64,000 bases of DNA, taken from the NCBI GenBank assembly GCA_021774785.1, contig JAJFIQ010000012.1, forward strand, positions 22,459-86,458, written 5' to 3'. Source of the DNA: Emcibacter sp. (GTDB lineage Bacteria; Pseudomonadota; Alphaproteobacteria; Sphingomonadales; Emcibacteraceae). Below the pieces are notes generated by a model, which was not told where the DNA came from, searched no databases, and saw nothing but the letters and a program-made list of their open reading frames with translations. Shown here one piece after another: positions 57,276 to 64,000 of the stretch. Within the stretch, counting starts at the first letter, position 1. Each line of letters starts with the position of its first letter. Both the position numbers and the translations under genes were made by a program.

Positions 57276-58652
57276 CTATAATTTAATGACAGCCATTTTA
57301 TCCTGAGTCATATCATGCATAGTATAGCCAATACCACCAGTATTATAACCGGATTGGCGACGTCCGGCGAACGGCATCCAGTCCACCCGAAAGGCCGTAT
57401 GGTCATTGACCATAACAGCTGTGGCATCCAGCTCGCTCACTGCCTTCATAGCCATATCCAGCCGATTGGTAAAAACCGATGCCTGAAAGGCAAAGGGCAG
57501 GGCATTAGCCGTTTCAATGGCATGGTCCATTTCATCATAACCATACAGACAGGCCGCCGGGCCAAAGATTTCATTGAGAGAAACTTTCGCATCCGCAGGC
57601 GGGTTGACCAATACCGTCGGAGCATAGGTACTATCGCTCAATTTTTCACCGCCACACAGGATATTTGCCCCACCTGTCTTCGCTTCTTCAATCCATTGTG
57701 CAACACGCGTTACTTCCCGTGGACTGATCAGGGGGCCGCATTCGGTTTTTTCATCAATGGCATTGCCCACTATAAGTTTTGACGCGCCATCAGCCAAAGC
57801 ACCCGCGATTTCATCAAGTCGGTTGTTGGGGGCATAAATACGCTGGACAGAAACACAAACCTGACCCGAATGATAAAATGCCCCCTTGAGCAGGCTAGGG
57901 ATCATGGTAGCCACATCTGCGCTGTCATCAATGATCACCGGCGCAACTCCGCCATGTTCAAGAGCACAACGTGTTCCCGGTGCCAGTTTGGAACGCAGCA
58001 TCCAACCCACCTGTCCCGACCCAATAAAACTGAAAAACGCCACCCTAGGGTCCGTAATCATCCTTTCGGCCGTCGGAATATCACAGGCCGTAAAGCGACA
58101 CCATTCTTCCGGTAGTCCCGCCTCATAAAGAATTTCAACGAATTCCCGGCATGATAACGGTGTGTTGCCCGCTGGTTTTACCAACACCGGACAACCAACC
58201 GCCACCGCCGGGGCGACCTGATGCACGATCAGATTAAGCGGATGATTAAACGCCGAAACCGCCACAACGGGGCCAATGGGCTCGCGTGTGGTAAAGGCCA
58301 AGCGTCCGCTGCCCGCCGCCGTCAAATCCATGGGAATTTCTTTGCCCGACATATGGGACAATTCCTTGATACACAAACCGATACCGTCAATTGCCCGAGT
58401 GACTTCCACCCGCGCATCCCTCAGCGGTTTGCCACCCTCACCCGCAATCTGAAAGGCCAGATGCTCAAATCTTTGCGTCATGATATCAGCCGCTTTTTTG
58501 AGAATCTCGATGCGCTTAAAGGCCGGTAGCCAAGCTTTACGGTCCCGAAATAATTTATGGGCCGTTTCAAGATAATTATCTATAGTTTCCCAATTCGTTA
58601 GCGGTACTGAACCAATGGCCTTTTGATCAAAAGGGTTAACGACTTCAAGCAT
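57276..58652 (-). CDS. NAD(P)-dependent aldehyde dehydrogenase
   Basis: 458 aa. Catalytic Glu context ALEHGGVAP, catalytic Cys GQVCVSVQRIY and N-terminal VVNPFD. Confidence 0.9.
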   Translation of the reverse strand: MLEVVNPFDQKAIGSVPLTNWETIDNYLETAHKLFRDRKAWLPAFKRIEILKKAADIMTQRFEHLAFQIAGEGGKPLRDARVEVTRAIDGIGLCIKELSHMSGKEIPMDLTAAGSGRLAFTTREPIGPVVAVSAFNHPLNLIVHQVAPAVAVGCPVLVKPAGNTPLSCREFVEILYEAGLPEEWCRFTACDIPTAERMITDPRVAFFSFIGSGQVGWMLRSKLAPGTRCALEHGGVAPVIIDDSADVATMIPSLLKGAFYHSGQVCVSVQRIYAPNNRLDEIAGALADGASKLIVGNAIDEKTECGPLISPREVTRVAQWIEEAKTGGANILCGGEKLSDSTYAPTVLVNPPADAKVSLNEIFGPAACLYGYDEMDHAIETANALPFAFQASVFTNRLDMAMKAVSELDATAVMVNDHTAFRVDWMPFAGRRQSGYNTGGIGYTMHDMTQDKMAVIKL

Positions 58653-58676
58653 ATCTCTTACCTCTGTATCTTTTTA

Positions 58677-60341
58677 TTATATCAAACAGGTTTTTTCTGC
58701 CAGATCATCAATCAGGACTTTTTGATTTTCAGAATAATCCACTGGCACTTCAACCAAATGTACGCCGCCAGCCGTGAAGGCCGCCTCCAATGTGGGAACC
58801 AGATCTTCCGTTACGGCAATGCGATGTCCTGTCGCACCATAACTATTCGCATATTGAACAAAGTCAGGATTACCAAATTCCAACCCCCAGTCCGGAAATC
58901 CTCCCCCGGCCTGTTTCCAGCGGATCATACCATATGAGCTATCGTTCAGGACCAGAACCACCATATTAAGACCAAGACGCACAGCGGTCTCCATTTCCTG
59001 TGAATTCATCATAAAACCACCGTCGCCACAAATGGCCATCACCCGCCGGGTGGGATAAATCATTGCCGCCATCATCGCAGACGGCAGTCCCGCTCCCATG
59101 GTGGCCAAGGCATTATCCAACAGCACCGTATTTTGATGATAGGCTTTATAATTTCGGGCATACCAGATTTTATAAATGCCATTATCCAGCGCGATAATAT
59201 CCTTATCACCCATTATCTTACGGGTATCGGCAACAAATCGCTGGGGGATGACGGGGAAGCGCGGGTCTTCTGTATTTTCCGTGATATGCAGTTCCACCTC
59301 ATCGCGAATTCTTTCAAAATATGATATATCACAATCCGTATTTTTGCCGATCCTGTCTTTCAGGCAATCTATGGAACAGGCTAAATCACCCACCACTTCA
59401 ACCTCGGGGAAATAAACCTGATCAACCTGTGCCGATTTATAATTGACATGAATAACCTTCATGCCGTCCTGTTCCATGATGAACGGCGGTTTTTCAACCA
59501 CATCATGACCGATATTGATAATCAGGTCGGCACGATTGATGGCGCAATGCAAATAATCCCCTTCGGTCAGAGCCGCAGTACCAAGGAAAAGTTCCGACCG
59601 TTCGTCAACAACCCCTTTACCCATCTGAGTATTAAAGAAAGGTATCCCCGTTGTATGAATAAAATCACAGAGCGCGTCACGGGCATCTTTTCGGTTGGCC
59701 CCGGCCCCGATCAAAATGAGCGGCATATTGGCCTGTTTAACCAGACGGGCGGCTTCATCCAGCACCACATCACTGGCGACGGCATAATGGCGGGGGTGGG
59801 GCGGCAGAACGGATTCATCCGTATCCTCGGCAGCAATATCTTCCGGCAGTTCCAGTAGAACAGCACCGGGGCGTTCTTCTTCGGCCATACGAAAGGCTTC
59901 ACGTACAAGAGCGGGGATGGTATTGCCATGAACAATCTGTTTTGACATTTTGCATATGGGATCAAACAGGCTGACAATATCAACAATCTGGAATTGTCCC
60001 TGTTTGGATTTTTTGATCGGTTTCTGGCCCGTGATCATAATCAATGGCATACCGCCCAATTGGGCGTAAGCCGCTGGGGTTGCAAAATTTGTTGCCCCCG
60101 GCCCCAGAGTCGCCATGCAGACTCCGGCTTTCCCCGTCAGGCGGCCATAAGTCGCCGCCATAAAACCGGCTCCCTGTTCATGGCGAGTGAGAATTAATTT
60201 AATGTTTGATGTACGCAGGGATTCAACCATATCAAGGTTTTCTTCCCCTGGAACGGCAAAGATATACTCAACCCCTTCGGCTTCCAGAGCCTGAACAAAC
60301 AAGTCAGAGGCTTTTGTGGCTTTTGAAACAGTCGAATTCAT
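58677..60341 (-). CDS. thiamine diphosphate-dependent enzyme (acetolactate synthase large subunit-like)
   Basis: 554 aa. N-terminal ThDP-pyrimidine domain (VPGEENLDMVESL...RHEQGAGFMA) and ThDP-binding motif GDGGFMMNSQEMETAVRLGLNMVVLVLNDSSYG. No small regulatory subunit gene nearby. Confidence 0.88.
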   Translation of the reverse strand: MNSTVSKATKASDLFVQALEAEGVEYIFAVPGEENLDMVESLRTSNIKLILTRHEQGAGFMAATYGRLTGKAGVCMATLGPGATNFATPAAYAQLGGMPLIMITGQKPIKKSKQGQFQIVDIVSLFDPICKMSKQIVHGNTIPALVREAFRMAEEERPGAVLLELPEDIAAEDTDESVLPPHPRHYAVASDVVLDEAARLVKQANMPLILIGAGANRKDARDALCDFIHTTGIPFFNTQMGKGVVDERSELFLGTAALTEGDYLHCAINRADLIINIGHDVVEKPPFIMEQDGMKVIHVNYKSAQVDQVYFPEVEVVGDLACSIDCLKDRIGKNTDCDISYFERIRDEVELHITENTEDPRFPVIPQRFVADTRKIMGDKDIIALDNGIYKIWYARNYKAYHQNTVLLDNALATMGAGLPSAMMAAMIYPTRRVMAICGDGGFMMNSQEMETAVRLGLNMVVLVLNDSSYGMIRWKQAGGGFPDWGLEFGNPDFVQYANSYGATGHRIAVTEDLVPTLEAAFTAGGVHLVEVPVDYSENQKVLIDDLAEKTCLI

Positions 60342-60364
60342 GTCATTTTTCCTTTGTTAGATTT

Positions 60365-61930
60365 TCACACACAGTAGCCGCCATTTTCTTCGTCTGGACT
60401 GGGGTTCACTGCCAATCCCATATATTCCGGTAAAATATCAGGGCGAGGATAGAGTTCATCCATGGGTACAGATTTTCCATTCTCTTGCACGATGCGGATA
60501 TGTTTCCGGCCCATAAGACGCGGCCTAACCACACCACAGGAATGGGAAATAATATGCACTTCATGAATAATGTTACTGCAGTAGCTAGCAACCTTTACGG
60601 CTTTGTCTATGGGGTTCAGTCCTTTTTGCAGCCTTGCATTATGCGTTGTTATTCCTGTTGGGCAGGTATTCTTGTTACATTTCAATGCCTGTATGCATCC
60701 CAGAGAAAACATAAAACCACGGGCGGAGGTTACAAAGTCCGCCCCCGTTGCCAACGCCCATGCCACCTCTGATGGCGTAATCAGTTTGCCGGAAGAGATC
60801 AGCCGGATACGGTCCCGCAAGCCATAGTGATGCAGTATATCAGAAACCAGCGGCAATGATTCTTTTATTATCAAGCCCACATTATCCATCAGCGGCATGG
60901 GAGCGGCCCCGGTGCCACCGTCACCACTGTCAATAGTAATGAAATCAGGTGCCGTCTCGATACCGCGAATGTGTATTTCCTCGCACATTTCCCGAATCCA
61001 ACCGAAACTGCCCATAACAGACTTGAAACCAACCGGCTTTCCCGTGACATCACGGATATGACCTATCATATCCAGCATATCACCCACACTGTCAATTTCC
61101 GGATGTCGGTTTGGGGATATGGAATCCTCCCCCTCTGGAATGCCGCGTATTGTGGCAATTTCTGCTGTGACCTTAATACCGGGCAAAATACCGCCCTTGC
61201 CCGGTTTCGCTCCCTGGCTCATTTTCAATTCAAACATCCGCACCTGCGTGTGAGCGGCCACCTGCCGGAGCTTTTCATCGCACAGGTTGCCCTGCGCATC
61301 ACGTACACCGTATTTGGCTGTACCGATCTGCATCACAATGTCACAGCCGCCTTCAAGATGATGGGGCGACAGGCCGCCTTCCCCCGTATTCATCCAGCAA
61401 CCGGCCACGCGCGCGCCTTTGGATAAGGCCCGAACCGCCGGAGTAGACAAGGCGCCGTAACTCATGCCTGAAATATTAAAAAAGGATGGCGCATTATAAG
61501 GCTGCTTGCAGAAGGGGCCTATTTCCAGCGGTTGCATATCAACGGCATCTTTATCCAATGTGGGGAAAGGGCAGTTGATAAATATCACCGTTCCGGCAGG
61601 GGTTAGATTTTTAGTCGAACCAAAAGCAATTGTATTGTCATGGCCTTTGGCTGCCCTGTCGACCCAATCCCGTTCAGCGCGATTGAAGGGCATTTCCTCC
61701 CGGTCCATGGCAAAAAAATACTGTCTGAAAAACTCTCCTAATGTACTAAAAATGTAACGAAACCGCCCGAATACAGGATAATTGCGCCGGATGGCATCCT
61801 GTGTCTGGTTCACGTCAATGATGAATAGTATGGCAATAAATAATACACCCAGACCCAAGGCAGAAACGAACAACGTTGACAGAATATTTAAATTACTTAC
61901 GACAGTATCGGCAGAAGGCATGATATCCAT
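60365..61930 (-). CDS. membrane-anchored FMN-binding glutamate synthase (GltB domain 2)-like protein
   Basis: N-terminal TM (LSTLFVSALGLGVLFIAILFII). GltS FMN-domain signatures MSQGAKPGKGGILPG and TIDSGDGGTGAAP. ATG at 61930 is preferred over the track start at 62029. Confidence 0.85.
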   Translation of the reverse strand: MDIMPSADTVVSNLNILSTLFVSALGLGVLFIAILFIIDVNQTQDAIRRNYPVFGRFRYIFSTLGEFFRQYFFAMDREEMPFNRAERDWVDRAAKGHDNTIAFGSTKNLTPAGTVIFINCPFPTLDKDAVDMQPLEIGPFCKQPYNAPSFFNISGMSYGALSTPAVRALSKGARVAGCWMNTGEGGLSPHHLEGGCDIVMQIGTAKYGVRDAQGNLCDEKLRQVAAHTQVRMFELKMSQGAKPGKGGILPGIKVTAEIATIRGIPEGEDSISPNRHPEIDSVGDMLDMIGHIRDVTGKPVGFKSVMGSFGWIREMCEEIHIRGIETAPDFITIDSGDGGTGAAPMPLMDNVGLIIKESLPLVSDILHHYGLRDRIRLISSGKLITPSEVAWALATGADFVTSARGFMFSLGCIQALKCNKNTCPTGITTHNARLQKGLNPIDKAVKVASYCSNIIHEVHIISHSCGVVRPRLMGRKHIRIVQENGKSVPMDELYPRPDILPEYMGLAVNPSPDEENGGYCV

Positions 61931-62101
61931 GATCAAATTTCTTTCGTTATCTATTTCAGAAAAGCCACTCCATTCCCAATAACACAAGGGCGCAGTAACG
62001 TTAAATAACAAGAAAGTGAGAAAACACACAACAGCACTCCCCCAAGTAACAAAATAACTCTATAGGATCATTTAGCTTTAGTCTAAAAAAAGAGGAATGA
62101 G

Positions 62102-62176
62102 TGGTTGGGGTGGCAGGATTCGAACCTGCGCATGACGGGATCAAAACCCGTTGCCTTACCGCTTGGCTACACCCCA
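62102..62176 (-). tRNA. tRNA-Gln (anticodon TTG)
   Basis: The reverse complement tggggtgtagccaagcggtaaggcaacgggttttgatcccgtcatgcgcaggttcgaatcctgccaccccaacca folds as a cloverleaf with anticodon loop ttTTGat and encoded CCA. Confidence 0.92.
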
Positions 62177-62349
62177 TCAGACATAGGATATCTGAAAGAT
62201 GCGCGAACATAGGCAGATTCCGGTCAACTTGCAACGGTGATTTTACAAAAAAAAGATTTTTTTGCACCACCTAACAATTTTAAGGATTTGACAAGGCAAT
62301 TACACTAGAAGATAACTCATAAAATATTATTTCCATTAGAGGGATTTAA

Positions 62350-63348
62350 ATGGCCATTGTCGTAACAGGTGCTGCAGGATTTATCGGATTTAATGTTGCA
62401 AGACTTCTTCTAGAACGCGGAGAGGAGGTTATCGGCATTGATAGCATTAATGATTATTACGATGTAAACCTTAAATATGCCCGTCTGGCCGAAATTGAAG
62501 ACAACCCCGCTTTCACCTTTTTAAAAATGGATTTCTCCGATTTCGAAGGTCTTAAATCTGCCCTCGATAAACATGATGTCAAAAAAATCATTCATTTGGG
62601 CGCACAGGCGGGGGTACGATATTCCCTGACCAATCCCTTTGTCTATGCACAATCCAACCTGATAGGCCATCTGAACATCATGGAATATAGCCGCCATAAG
62701 CAAGGCTTTGAACATCTGGTCTATGCTTCATCATCATCCGTATATGGCGGCAATAAGAATATGCCTTTTTCTGTGGATGACCGGGTTGATAATCCCGTGT
62801 CCCTCTATGCCGCAACCAAGAAAGCGGATGAGCTGATGAGCCAGAGTTATGGCCACCTTTATCGACTACCCCAAACGGGGCTGCGGTTTTTCACCGTCTA
62901 TGGTCCGTGGGGACGGCCGGATATGGCCATGTGGATATTCACAAAAAAAATTCTGGCTGGCGAGCCTATTCCCGTATTCAACCACGGCGACATGCTGCGG
63001 GACTTCACCTTTATTGACGATATTATCGATGGCATCGTGCGCTGTCTGGATAATCCGCCTGCGGATGACGGTACCATGCATACTATAGGCTCCGATGCTC
63101 CGCACCGGATATATAACATCGGCAATAACAATACAGTAAAGCTTCTAGATATGATCAAGGTTTTGGAAGAGGCCCTCGGCAAAAAGGCAGAAATGGATCT
63201 GCTGCCGATCCAGCCGGGGGATGTAAAAGAAACCGCTGCCGATATTACTGCCATCCAGAATGATCTGGGTTTTGAGCCAAAGACCAAAATCGAGGAAGGC
63301 ATTCCTAAATTCATTCATTGGTATAAACAATATCATCAGATTAACTAA
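62350..63348 (+). CDS. NAD-dependent epimerase (UDP-glucuronate 4-epimerase-like)
   Basis: VTGAAGFIGFNV, DSINDYYDVNLKYARL and YAATKKADE (YxxxK); 332 aa. Confidence 0.85.
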   Translation: MAIVVTGAAGFIGFNVARLLLERGEEVIGIDSINDYYDVNLKYARLAEIEDNPAFTFLKMDFSDFEGLKSALDKHDVKKIIHLGAQAGVRYSLTNPFVYAQSNLIGHLNIMEYSRHKQGFEHLVYASSSSVYGGNKNMPFSVDDRVDNPVSLYAATKKADELMSQSYGHLYRLPQTGLRFFTVYGPWGRPDMAMWIFTKKILAGEPIPVFNHGDMLRDFTFIDDIIDGIVRCLDNPPADDGTMHTIGSDAPHRIYNIGNNNTVKLLDMIKVLEEALGKKAEMDLLPIQPGDVKETAADITAIQNDLGFEPKTKIEEGIPKFIHWYKQYHQIN

Positions 63349-63363
63349 AGGAGAACGGGTGGC

Positions 63364-64000
63364 TTGGCATGGGATAACATAGTTTCAAGAATAATTTGGA
63401 TGCTCATACAGCCTAGCAACCTTATATTTATACTTATGCTGGTGAGCCTCATATTAATTTGGAAGGGTCGCCGGAAAATGGGGTTGCCGGTCCTCACAGT
63501 CTGCGTGGCCTTCTATTCCCTTGTTATGTTTGGCCCTTTGACGAGCTGGCTCTTGGTACCGTTGGAAAAACGTTTTTCTGTCTATACCAATGATATAACC
63601 CACGGCCCCTATAGTGGTATCATTATTCTGGCCGGGGCCGAACGCATTAGAAACAGTTCATATCATAATCAGGTTATTCTGAACGGCGGCGCAGAGCGGT
63701 TGATAGAAGCCGCAAAGCTGGCGCGACTTTTTCCTGATCTGCCCATCATATTTTGTGGCGGCGGCAGGATTGAAGGCATGATGACTGAGGGGGAGATTGC
63801 CCAGAAATTTTTCATTGAGGCGGGGATTGATCTGAACCGCGTGCGCTTTGATGATATATCTTACAATACCTATACCAATGCCATCGAAGCGAAAAAACTT
63901 ATTGAGAAAGATGAAACGGATACATGGCTGCTGGTTACAAGTGCCTTTCATATGCCGCGCGCCGTAGGCTCATACAGAAATGCTGGCATCACTATACAAC
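63364..64000 (+). CDS. YdcF/DUF218 (ElyC-like) family protein, 3' end beyond the window
   Basis: Open frame translated by hand and absent from the track because it has no stop in the window: (TTG)AWDNIVSRIIWMLIQPSNLIFILMLVSL...LLVTSAFHMPRAVGSYRNAGITIQ. SAFHMPRA is the DUF218 hallmark. Alternative start ATG at 63403. Confidence 0.7.
   Translation, partial: MAWDNIVSRIIWMLIQPSNLIFILMLVSLILIWKGRRKMGLPVLTVCVAFYSLVMFGPLTSWLLVPLEKRFSVYTNDITHGPYSGIIILAGAERIRNSSYHNQVILNGGAERLIEAAKLARLFPDLPIIFCGGGRIEGMMTEGEIAQKFFIEAGIDLNRVRFDDISYNTYTNAIEAKKLIEKDETDTWLLVTSAFHMPRAVGSYRNAGITIQ

Noticed and set aside
62001-62270. 89-aa minus-strand ORF
   Set aside because: It contains the tRNA-Gln sequence in frame (QRVLIPSCAGSNPATP) and is spurious.

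Overview
This 64-kb chromosomal window has an alphaproteobacterial backbone. The evidence is GcrA, UPF0262, DUF2948, the conserved block dcd-murA-DUF2948-hisG-hisD-UPF0262-LMW phosphatase-infA-maf-rng-yacG, and a marine proteobacterial sortase system. I support about 70 protein-coding genes and 4 tRNAs (Thr-GGU, Phe-GAA, Val-GAC, Gln-UUG), all folded by hand. I found no rRNA, no CRISPR array, no intact IS or transposase, and no recognisable defence system.

Most of the window is housekeeping:
- his, arg (argD, argF, argE), murA, prfC, folE, metZ, trkH, cspA and hslO
- PHB mobilisation (phaZ, bdhA)
- an adaptive-response cluster (ada, alkB)

The patches worth a second look are:
1. A chemosensory operon (305-3675) in which an Aer-type PAS domain, a linker-like ORF and a PAS-less soluble MCP are separate genes, translationally coupled to a PAS histidine kinase. 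Diverged AT-rich direct repeats flank it, and a 930-bp non-coding tract lies beside it.
2. The sortase and VIT-vWA target pair, extended by tightly linked alpha/beta hydrolase and acyltransferase genes.
3. A decayed integrative element at tRNA-Thr: a class II Fic gene, a MobC-like fragment and a serine-recombinase C-terminal fragment. Upstream of fic is a strictly 11-bp-phased GGCTA array.
4. A repeat-rich, low-complexity gap between hslO and cspA containing a homopolymer-frameshifted small gene.
5. A divergent secreted beta-propeller / polytopic membrane protein / cytochrome c module.
6. A compact five-gene operon (54921-61930) with no canonical pathway context: GltB-like FMN protein, ThDP enzyme, aldehyde dehydrogenase, ThrC-fold PLP enzyme and YeiH/PSE exporter. 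This is my best candidate for an undescribed metabolic system, possibly organosulfonate-related.

All functional calls come from motif recognition by eye. No database search was run.
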